Assembly: GCF_000143415.4 (NCBI RefSeq)
Contig: NW_003314265.1
Location: 3,344,443 to 3,408,442 of the forward strand
DNA length: 64,000 nucleotides
DNA from: Selaginella moellendorffii
Taxonomy: Eukaryota; Plantae; Lycopodiophyta
Reading direction: 5' to 3'
Part shown: piece after piece, positions 37,569 to 47,618 of the stretch
How positions within the stretch are numbered: position 1 is the stretch's first letter
Layout: each line of letters begins with the position of its first letter
Translations under genes and position numbers: made by a program
The notes under the pieces: generated by a model
What the model saw: the letters and a program-made list of their open reading frames with translations, nothing else
Told to the model about the DNA's origin: nothing
The model's database searches: none

Positions 37569-39638
37569 TTAACGGCTCACCCCCAAAATGTTCCTTGAAT
37601 ACCTCTGCCAGCCCTGCAGCGTCGAGATGCCCACCTTCTTCATAACCTCTTGCGGATCCATTCCACCACTTACCTGGTTCGCGTCCATTTCCTTGCCGTC
37701 ATTAGGGCACTGAATAGTCCCCGTGATATTCTTGGCGAGATCTCCGCCATCGGCTATCAGCGCATCCTGAATGCCGCCTCCTTCCAGACCTAAGTCGATC
37801 CCCATTTTTTCCTTGTGGCGCTGCTCCTTCCTGTTTTGGCGAGCTATCATCTCTGGATCCTCCTGAGTATGCATCTGCTCAATTCCCTGTTCAGCCCTTG
37901 TTCTCGGCTCATCTCGGATGTACAACCCGCGGTCCCTCCGCTGCAACTGTGCTCGTGTGTTGACATTCCACACAGGTGTGTCCGCTCGTAACTCTTCAGA
38001 ATTCACGAAAATGGCTTTAGTATCCACCACCTCTTTTCCCTTTTCCTGATTTTGGCGCTGATTTGGCACTTGCAAGCGGTAGGGGCAATCCTCCTGCCGA
38101 TGAAGTCCCTGTGTCTGGCATATCCCACAGATTGGCTGATACTCTTCAGACTTCTGTGCATTCGGACAGTTTGGCGTGATATGTCCAGGTTCCCCACACT
38201 GGTAGCACACTATCGGGCCTCGGCCTCGGCCTCCACCTCTGCCTCCGAACATTCCCATCTGGCCACCACCACGGCCTCCACCGGCAGTCTGCTGCAGCAT
38301 TGGCCCCGAGTTCTGCACAGCCCCTGGAGCTCCTACGTTAAAAACCGGGTACGTCTCATACTGCTGGTGCTGAACCTGCTGCTGTGGAAATTGTTGTTGA
38401 TGGTGAAATTGTGGTTGAATGTAATAGCTTGCGACTACAGGTTGCTGCTGGAACTTGGGCGTCACACGAGCTGGATGAAAAAAGCACTTCTCAGGCTTGT
38501 GGCCGAACTTCCCACAATACGGACAAGGAGCTTTTGCCGGAACCAGATTTGGACACTCACTAGGATAGTGGCCATATCCTTGACACTTAATGCACCAGAT
38601 CTCAGCTCTCTCATGCACCGGCCGAGTTGGAGCTCCCAAACCTTGAACCAGACTCACTTGGAGTTCCGCCATCTTCTTGGTAAGTGTCTCCACCACATCT
38701 TCTTTCACTTTCGTGAGTTGGCTCTCAAATCCGGTCGTGTTTACTGCAGGTAACTGGAGAACTGACGGCTGGACCGGAATCAAAGGTGGAGCTGCTACGG
38801 CTCCAAGCACACCAGTCTGGTACTGTGCAATATTCGGTGAGAACAAGTTACCATATGTTACTGGTGGAGCTGCAGCTGCAATATTTCGTGACGACATCCG
38901 GGCCTGTTCCCATGTTGCTGCGTGCTCCACTGCTGCGTTCAAATCTGCCGGTCTTTGCACCTTCACGTGGAACCCGATTTCAAATGGCAACCCATTCAAG
39001 AACCAGCGGACTTGGTCGTCAGCGGCAGGCTGTGGATCTTTCCTCGCGAGCAGCCTCTTGTAGCGAAGAACATAATTTTGCAATGTCTCTCCAGGTAACA
39101 ATTGAATTGAATTTAGCTCGTCACTGATACGCTGCTTGAATCCCATAGGACGGAAAGCATTAAGAAATGCTGTTTTGAGGTCTGCCCAGGCTGCAAAGGC
39201 TGCTGCTGCATTCGCCTGACCATACCATTCTGCTGCCGCTCCCAGCAATGTCGCCGGAAACAGACGGACTCTCACAGCATCTGCCTGCTCCTGATTTGCT
39301 GTGCTGACGTTTTCAAAAGCAGTTACGTGAGCGTCTGGATCGTCAGTCTGTGTAAACGTTGGATACTTCATCCTCGCGTTGGCAGGCTGTGCCATTTGAG
39401 GATTTACTGCTTGAGGTGTGGGCGATGCTGGTTCAAATGGCCCCCACTCCTCCCAATTCAAACTTGAGTCCGAAGTCCTCGAACTAGTTTCAGGGCTGGT
39501 TTCAGGCGAATTCTGCAACAGCCTCCTCGCTGCTCGTTCAGAACGGCCTCGATTCTGCTCTGCCCTCCTAGTAGAAAAATCTAGAAAATTATCCCAGCCC
39601 GGGGATCTACCCGCCAGACCGAGAACCAACTGCGGCAA
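37569..39638 (-). CDS. gag: Gag (capsid plus multiple zinc knuckles)
   Basis: Retrotrans_gag-like region, then CIKCQGYGHYPSEC, CPYCGKFGHKPEKC, CYQCGEPGHITPNC and a variant CGICQTQGLHRQEDC. The true start may be the internal Met (MAQPANAR). Confidence 0.92.
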   Translation of the reverse strand: MPQLVLGLAGRSPGWDNFLDFSTRRAEQNRGRSERAARRLLQNSPETSPETSSRTSDSSLNWEEWGPFEPASPTPQAVNPQMAQPANARMKYPTFTQTDDPDAHVTAFENVSTANQEQADAVRVRLFPATLLGAAAEWYGQANAAAAFAAWADLKTAFLNAFRPMGFKQRISDELNSIQLLPGETLQNYVLRYKRLLARKDPQPAADDQVRWFLNGLPFEIGFHVKVQRPADLNAAVEHAATWEQARMSSRNIAAAAPPVTYGNLFSPNIAQYQTGVLGAVAAPPLIPVQPSVLQLPAVNTTGFESQLTKVKEDVVETLTKKMAELQVSLVQGLGAPTRPVHERAEIWCIKCQGYGHYPSECPNLVPAKAPCPYCGKFGHKPEKCFFHPARVTPKFQQQPVVASYYIQPQFHHQQQFPQQQVQHQQYETYPVFNVGAPGAVQNSGPMLQQTAGGGRGGGQMGMFGGRGGGRGRGPIVCYQCGEPGHITPNCPNAQKSEEYQPICGICQTQGLHRQEDCPYRLQVPNQRQNQEKGKEVVDTKAIFVNSEELRADTPVWNVNTRAQLQRRDRGLYIRDEPRTRAEQGIEQMHTQEDPEMIARQNRKEQRHKEKMGIDLGLEGGGIQDALIADGGDLAKNITGTIQCPNDGKEMDANQVSGGMDPQEVMKKVGISTLQGWQRYSRNILGVSR

Positions 39639-39720
39639 AGGGTACTTACTGCAGATGCCCGCAGATGACCGGCCTTTTCCTCAGGCCCAGTTTACTGCGC
39701 AGTTACTGCGACTAAGCCCT

Positions 39721-39736
39721 CCCTGCTAATGCACCA
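39721..39736 (-). promoter_or_regulatory. Primer binding site, probably tRNA-Gly
   Basis: TGGTGCATTAGCAGGG 5 nt inside the 5' LTR; plant tRNA-Gly(GCC) ends ...CCCGGCUGGUGCACCA. Confidence 0.65.
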
Positions 39737-42700
39737 AAAAATGTGGGGAAAAATATACGACAACCAAGAAAGACAGGAAAGACTCCCCTAGGGCTTGTAT
39801 TTCAGCAGTAACTACAAATCACTCATATTGAGTGCGCTGGGCCTGCAATAACTCTTCTATGATCACAGCGATGGGATCTTGACGGCCTATAAAAGGTCTC
39901 ACCATCTTCAAGCAAAGAGAACTCCAGAGCCCGAAAGAGAAAACAAGAGCTGTAAAATAACTGAATGGCCGTACCTAATTTCAAACTCCCAAAAACTTAA
40001 ACACCAACCAATGGCTGAAACTTTCCTAGCTAATAACTCTTCATCCACAACTCCGAGCGACTTGATTTCACCACCAAAGAACTGCCCTTGATCAGATCTT
40101 CAACTTCATAGAAAACAACTTCTTCAAATTCTCACTTTTGAAATCCGTCACTTTTTCTCTCTCTAGACGAAATATTCATAGGAAGCTTCTTCAGCGAGCT
40201 TCTTCATTTTTCACCTTTTTTCTAACTCAGAAATACGTCAGACTCACAAAAGCAACCTCAAGTATGAAAATATGACCGTATATATGGTTGACAGACCAAT
40301 AACAAGGGCGAGTGTGAAGATGCGGACATTCGTCGGTATCTTCTTCTTAGCCATTATCCCATGGATCTCCCGCATCTCCTTGCCTTTCAACCGAGCCTTC
40401 ACCTCGTTCAAGGCCTTCTAGAACTTGTGATAGGATTCGGAGTCGTAGATCATATAGTGGACTGAAGATTCCACCTCCGCAAGTCCCACCATTAAGTCAA
40501 TGATGGAGCTGACTTCGTCTGCATGAGTGATCTCCTCGTTTGTGAAGTCCATCACACAAAAGATGTTCTTGACCTGCTCATCTCCGCGGGAAACGATGCT
40601 CCTCCACCTTTGATCCTCATCCGAATTCAAGTATACCCGGTAAGGTTCTCGATAGGCCTCTGCTGTGGGGTCGAGCTGTTTCTGAAGTCGGCGGTCGACA
40701 TCACTCTTAATGAAATTTGGATACTGATCCAACTTCTCAGCTTTACTTTTCGTGGCATCCCGCAGCAGATCGATGAACTTGGGGGCCCCCTTCACGTACT
40801 CGTCGATGTCTTCATTTGACAAATCCAGCGCTTCCATCATCTCTTGCGTGGTGTCGATGCTCACCCTCTCCACGGCCACTTGCTCGAAGATCCAATCCTT
40901 CAATAGCACACGAGCTCTCAGAATCGTGCACAAGTCCTCGTATGTCACAATATGGCCGGGAGTCATTTTGGTCTTGTTGAAGACTACCTCACCACGTAGA
41001 AGAGCATTAGCCACTGTCAGAAGGTCGTCGTCGTCTAGAGACCGCGAGAAACGCAAGGCGTTGAGCTTCAAATCATTGGGCTTCCGGCCGTCCTCCACAC
41101 CCATTGAGTTTAGTAACTCCCCGTCATGGTACCTCCTCAGCACATCTACCTATTTGTCAAAAACAATTTTTGTCACGAGTAGAATGTTATGGATGCTGAG
41201 TGTGTCATTGACCCCCAGTGTTTTCGAGAGAAGACTCAAGAATTCCTGCAATGGAAATGGCGTGAGGCCACATGCTATGCCACATGCAACGAGGCTTACC
41301 TGCCAGGCGCTAGTTGCTAGTGCACATCCTTGTCCTGGTTTTTGTGGCTTCTTCAGTTGAACCCAGAGCTTCCGTGTTTGTGCCAATGTCTCGTGCAGAC
41401 CCGATTTGTAGCACGTTTCTTGCTTGACATTCTGCGCGTGGGAGATGTATATGATAGATCGGAGGGGCGAGTTGCCTTTTATCAGGCGGACAACTCTTGT
41501 CTTGAAGACTTTCTTCACCTCCTCGCCCACCATAATATCCACAACTATCTCTTGCATTGCCAAGCTAGAATGCTGCCCGGAGACGGCATAGAACCGGATG
41601 TTCTGATCGTCCAACACCTTCCTATTGATCAAGTCTGGAAACCTCGTCTCGCCCTTCATTGTTCGGTAGTAGGGGATCACGTCTGCGATGTCGGGTGTTA
41701 CTGGACTTGCCAGCATCTTCTGCTTCAGTTTCTCCACCCACTCATCAGATACTAGTCTGTGGTTGTATTTGCTTTGGATGTCGATACGGCTCACGTCGAT
41801 TGTATATACTTTGTTGGAATAGTAACAAGTACTATTATCTGCGACGATTTTTGCTGCCTCTTCTTGCTCTTTCTGCTCTTTGCGGCTCTTCTTTTTGGTG
41901 GGTGTAGTGTTCGAACCCGAGGCAATGGCATCACCGAGTAGCTTCTTTTTTGGAGGAGAGTCGGACGTCGGCTTGAGCTTGACCACCCTTTTCTGCTTCG
42001 GGGTAGTTTCCAGATCGACCCCCTCCCCCTTCGCTTCGTGAACTGGAGGCACTCTCAACGGCTCAATGTTGGAATATAGTTTTTGAACATCGCCGTAGGT
42101 GAGGTCCGTGGATTCCATGTGATCTTCATAGACCCGTAGCGTCTTTGAAATTGTGGGCCTCCTGGACAACCTCTCCCTAGCTCCCTCTAGGAATTCCTCA
42201 TACCTGTTGCCCCCCTCCGGGAAGCCGCTAGGATGTGCAAGGTGGATCTTGAAGGCAGACGCTGTCTCTACAAGTGCCAGTCCATATTCTTGCATGGAAC
42301 TACATGGAGTGTCTGTCACTTGGATGAGGATCCCCATGCATTCTTTTCTCCCACCATCTGTGTTGTACAGCCTTAGATCCTAGCCTTCCATCCCGAAAGT
42401 CCAACTGGTGAGCTCCTCCCCCTTCTCTGCATCCACATTGACAGTGGCTGGAAGAAGAATGCAATTCCTCGCCTGTTCAGAAATGCACAACAATTAGAGC
42501 TGACAGATGAAAAGCTAGCAGTTGGAAATAACGTGAGGCCACACGCCATTCACCACTGCATCAGATGTCTTGAGGCTGCATCCTAAGATGGCGTGAGGCT
42601 ACATGCCATCTGTAACCGGACTGCACTCGAGAGCCCAATCGGTGCATGCCAATGTTGCTACTGAATGGCATGTGGCCTCGTGCCATTTTCTACTTGGCCT

Positions 42701-43896
42701 AAAAGACTTACCATTTGAAGCCAAATGGAGGCGTGACAACCGGACTCACTGGCGAATGTGCACTGTGTGTGTAGCGGATCGTAGCAGCAAGGCTACTCTG
42801 CCACTTACAGTTGGAGAGTGGCGCTGAAATCTCCCGGAATGCCAAGTGGGCTGCGTGGAGTGGGCGGCGGAGTTGGCGGCAAAGTTACAAATTGGGTGTG
42901 TCTTGAAGTGGACGCCGATGCACACGAGCGCGATGCGAGCACGAGTGTGATGCAAGCGCGAGTGGACGCCGATGCACACGAGAAACCTATAGAGAAGGTA
43001 GATGAGCGCGAATGTGAGCGTGATCGCGAGTGGGAGTGCGATGTGAGCGCGAGTGTGTGAGCGCGAGAACGAAGCAAAATGCAAAACCTAACCTCACACG
43101 CGCGAAATGTCACGACGGTTGGTAATCCCGCAACGTCATCATTCCTCGGACTTGGGCACCACCATTAATTTCTGGATCGCCGCGCGCATGCATGCATGTG
43201 AAATCCAAAAGAAATCCGCAACGTCATCATTCCTCGGACTGCATGCACGCGAAATCCAAAAGAAAGATCATGATTGGGATATCATTTAATACCCTCGCTA
43301 TATTTATACCATGCATGATTGGATATTCCAAAGCATCTTGTATTTCCAAAAATGCCAGATGTTCAGCTAAATAAAGAATGGTATACAATGTCCTTCTTGA
43401 TGACCCTGCAAAGAAGCATCTCGATCGGACACCACATGAGACCACACGAGCCTTACAATGTTTCAGGGGCATTTGCCATAGATCCGACCGTTATTTTGCT
43501 CTAAGATTCTATAGTTTGGTGTGCATTGACCTTTCCATCGACACTGCAAAGGGACATCACAATCAGATGCGGGATCACAAGAAACCAACTTCACTAACTC
43601 TGGTTTCACCAAGATCTTCGTAAGGAGTTATGAAATGAAAGGACCCTCTCTATTGAAATGTGTTTATGGTCCTAGGGGCATTGTGACATATGAAAGGATT
43701 TTGCATCAAGTTCTGTATTTGCATGTTTATCAAGCTACTGAATTGCTAAATCCTAAACCCTATGCAAAATTTCACGTGGGTGTCAATAACATGTTTGAAT
43801 AATGGCATGTGGCCTCATGCTATTTGGGTTGTTATGATTTAGGCCATTCTCCAATCATTTTTTGTATGGTCTTAACTTCTTTTCTGCACTTTCAGA

Positions 43897-45738
43897 ATGG
43901 CCTTCAGGGTTGGGGAAAAGGTTTACATTTTGAATGGTGGGAAGAGAGTTGCAAAAGGGACCCTTGTGTCTATGGATCGGAACTTTGTTATACACTGTTA
44001 AAGGCTTAGGGAAGGCAATGTTGCTGTATCAGTAGAGACTGTCTTCGATGGGAATGTGGTCGCTATTAAACGAGGAGAGATGGTTGTCGGGGTAAATGTT
44101 GTTGTTGCCTTGAAAAATCTGCAGAAGAAAGCAGATGTTGGGGACAGCGCAAGTGCGACGCATGTTCCCTCCGTGGATCTTAAGAACCGTGCTACATGGA
44201 TTCAGGCAAAGGTGTTTCTAAACAACCCCGAGGGGGAGGTGGTAGCTGAGGGCTTAGCCACAGTTGTCGATCCAAGAGATGCGGTTGCTAATCAAGAATT
44301 GGGCTAGGATGATATTGGAGTTGCGATTTTAGAGGTTGTTGACACAGAAGAAAACAGTCTGATTATTAGAAGCATTGTGCGGTGGAAATTGAGGCATTTA
44401 GTGTTTGAGAATGTGAAGGATTCACAATCAAACACCACTACAACTGATGACAAAACATCTCTTCATGGGAAAAGAAAGTACACCTTCCTAAAGCGCAGCC
44501 AAAGGGATCTAAGCAACGAACCAAAAAGGCAGAAAATGGCGATGGAGGTTCGAATGGTCTCGACAGTTGCTTGTTGCAAGAGGAGGTGCTGTCAACATGC
44601 TGATTGGGATGCTATTGAAGAGGAGAGAGCAAGATACAAGACATTGTCCTGGAAGGCAGCTCGCAATTTTGTGTATGAGGCATTACGGTCATCTGTTGAT
44701 GCTTCAGAACATCAGGTGGGGGGCATGGTCTTCCAGAGGGGTTTGGTCTGCATGAAGGCATGGAGAATCATTTATGGAGTCCCTCGAACCACATTCTACA
44801 GAATCAAAACTGAGTTCGAGGAACAAAGGGTTCAACAGGCAGTCCATGGGAACGACGGTACGCACAAAACCAGGGGTCATGTTGTATATGGAGAGGCAAT
44901 CTTCAAGAGGTTTGTCGAGACATGTAGCGAGCAGCAACCACATAAAACCCGCCTCTTGGAAGATGGAACACGAGACACCCAACGAGTTCTCCCTTCCATG
45001 TATACCAAGGGGGCCATATTGGAAGATGTGAATCGGGAACTCCAGAGTAATGGCTACAGGAAGCTGAGCCAATCTAGATTTAGTAGATTGTGGAGCAACA
45101 GGTTCAGGGATGTGAGTATAGGAAAGTACTCCAGCTTTTCAAAGTGTGACGAGTGCACTGCTATCAAAATGGCTTTGTCGAAGAATTCTTGCAGCGCTCA
45201 AGAGTGAGAGACGTTGGCTAGAAGGCGGCTCGACCACAACATCGAGCAGAGAAGCTGCAAGACTGCATATTATCATAACAGGATTCTCTCCATGGAGAGA
45301 CCTGACTCTTACCTCTGCATCATCCACGACAAAATGGACCAGAAAAAGACGTGTTTACCTCGACTCAATCCTGCCCCCAAGGCAATCTCTTCATCCATGC
45401 AGTTGCCTGTGTCTCTGTTTGGCATAATCGCTCATGGGCATGGTGCCCAGAACTATGGGAACTTCTTTGTACCTCTATGGGGTGGCGGGGGTGCAAACAT
45501 GATGATTGCGTACCTAGCAAAACACTTAAGGTCTCTGCAAAGTGCGCAGACTAAGCTGAACGGCCAACCCTTGCATAAGGCCCTTGTCGATCGAACCCCA
45601 TACAGGGTTCAGCTGGAGGAGGAGCAAAGGCTTGCAGTATCGTGTGGGGCCCCATGCCATCCCAGTGAATATGTTGGCCGTCAGATTGTAGGATTAGGAA
45701 TGACGTTCATCTTGGAAAGCTCACCACACGCTCAATGA
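43897..45738 (+). pseudogene. Transposase of the TIR element, nonsense-disabled and apparently 3'-deleted
   Basis: Single frame from ATG 43897 with stops at 43999, 44305 and 45205. Two Tnp1/En-Spm-like repeats, CCKRRCC, an HTH-like YGVPRTTFYR, HGN, FSKCDEC and IIHDKMDQKKT.LP. The later catalytic region is not seen. Confidence 0.75.
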
Positions 45739-45970
45739 ACAAACAAATAGTGTGTGCGCGCATGCCATCGCTCTTCTTTAGCTTCAGATTCGGCTTGTTC
45801 ACCTTGACAATGAGATTTATTATACAACCAGATGGACTCAGTCTGGACACAAAGTCACCGCGCTAGTCACCATGCCCCAGATATGTCTAGCCCCTGGACA
45901 AAAAACATATAATTTCACGTCATTTTCAAATACTTGAAAATTTGTACCTAGTCCCATTTTACTGAATAAA

Positions 45971-45994
45971 TCCCACTTTAACGAAATAGAGCTT
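45971..45994 (-). repeat. Right TIR
   Basis: Exact reverse complement of 29075-29098. Confidence 0.97.
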
Positions 45995-47330
45995 TATTGT
46001 AGCGCACGTGGTTTTGACCCTTTATCCTATGGTGATTTACCATAGGATAACACTACGAAGCGGAACTTAAACCCTCTTTGTGCCACATGACAGATGCCAC
46101 GTGTCCATAGGAACCCGAGGTTCAGGGCCTTGGGCCACTGAACGAACGAACGGTGCCAAACTCCCAAGCATGGAGCCAAGGAGTGATGGAACCGAACCAC
46201 GGAGCAACTCCCGAGCATACAGCCCAAGGAGCGAAGGGAAAGGGGCCCGGAGCGACTTGGAACAGTCTTGGAGCAACCAGCATCCCAATGCCAAGATCAG
46301 CGCGCAAAACGGAGCCAAACAGAGTCTGGCGCTATTTCAGCATACTGGTGGCCTAACGTGAGGATATGGGTACTCCACTAGCTAGCATGGAATGGAACTT
46401 GGGCTTAGACCCAAGCCGGATGCAGAACAAGGACAGGCACGCAAGCGGGAGCTAGACTATGCCTCAGGTTGGTCGGCCATGCCCGACCTACCCACTATCC
46501 CTACTATACATTTGGAACCCCCCATAGCCCCCCCCCCCCTTGAGGAACACACGCTTTGGGCTTTCACCCCAAGCCTCCCTTAGTATCAGGAGTTAGTCTT
46601 TGGGACAAGCTCGAAACTTACTAAATATGGAATGTCCTTAGATTGCGAATTTGGACATAGGACAAACACCATTATGTTCAAGCCGATCTCTACTTTCCGT
46701 AGATATGCCAAATGAGCAAATCTGGACACTTTCCATAAATAGCATTTGGGACCGAAATAAGACCAACACAAAGGGCATGATAGCAAGGGTGTTTGGCAGA
46801 CATGGTAAGCTATCATCCAGCGATATTGAGGGACTAATCTCAATACGCGAGGGTTTTTGTCAAGCCAGTGCAAGACAGAGCAAAAGAGAACTAAAACCAG
46901 GCCGAATATGCTTAGTTAGAAACACATAGGAGTTTCTACCTTATGTCCATCTGGCTAAGTACAAGTGCTAAGCCTAGTGAACTAACACTTGAATAAGAGG
47001 GGCTAATAAAGGGTCCAGCAATACCGACCTCCTGCCATTGTGGCAGTAAGGAAAGAGTGTCCGTAAGGACTGGTCGACAGGTAACTTTCGATACCCGAAG
47101 TCACATTCGCGACACTATCATCAAGTAAACTCAATAATGAAACTTAACTACCGAAGATAGCAGACAGTAAGCCAACAACTTACTAGAGATAACTCAAAGA
47201 ACACAAAGTATCATTGACTGACAAGCACAAAGCTCGCGAATGTATCACCCGAAGGAAATAACATCCCAACCGATCAGAACTAACTCGAGCAATAATCAAC
47301 AGAACAGAATGAATGCGGCAAAGCAAACAA

Positions 47331-47618
47331 ATGCTTTATTTCGTTAAAGTGGGACTTTTCATTATCCCACTTATGGTGTGTGGCCACATGCCATTTTTAT
47401 AACAACAATAAAAAATTAAAGTTTTAACTTTATAATTTATAAATTAAAAACTTTTCATATGATTTTGTGTTATAATATTGTGAAATATAAAAAAATAAAT
47501 TAAAAAAATGATAGAAATATTAATAAATATTAATTAAGTACTAGGAAATGGCATGTGGACACATGCTAATTAATGTCCCACTTTACTGAATAAGTCCCAC
47601 TTTAACGAAATAAAGCAT
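47331..47618. mobile_element. 288-bp MITE cognate to the TIR transposon
   Basis: Perfect 27-bp TIR ATGCTTTATTTCGTTAAAGTGGGACTT. TSD ACAA (47327-30, 47619-22). AT-rich core. Absent from the homologous family A copies at ~6550 and ~16085. Confidence 0.95.

Larger units (their letters stand above)
32721..40293 (-). mobile_element. Full-length Ty3/Gypsy LTR retrotransposon, no chromodomain or extra RNase H
   Basis: 552-bp LTRs 32721-33272 and 39742-40293 (about 11 differences by eye), TG...CA ends, TSD GACCA (32716-20, 40294-98), gag and pol. Confidence 0.97.
29517..42472 (-). pseudogene. Multi-exon transposon cargo gene (~1,650 codons): ParB-like, DNA methyltransferase-like, acidic/low-complexity linker, FCP1/NIF-like HAD phosphatase; split by a Gypsy insertion
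   Basis: ORFs 41150-42337, 40418-41143, 32336-32746, 31279-31869, 30349-31032 and 29517-30428 join in frame through single stops, removal of the Gypsy (…TLALVIG|PAAEWDW…) and short GT-AG introns (e.g. 41246-41299, 30380-30425). Start codon not located. Confidence 0.75.
29075..45994 (+). mobile_element. TIR DNA transposon (~9.3 kb net) with transposase and large cargo gene; superfamily unassigned, possibly Sola-related
   Basis: Perfect 24-bp TIRs AAGCTCTATTTCGTTAAAGTGGGA (29075-29098) and its reverse complement (45971-45994). 4-bp TSD TATT (29071-74, 45995-98). A cognate MITE has nearly the same TIR and a 4-bp TSD. Confidence 0.92.

Noticed and set aside
29169-47569. CRISPR-like interpretation of the recurring palindrome or the minisatellites
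   Set aside because: Spacing is irregular, there are no uniform spacers or cas genes, and the context is eukaryotic.
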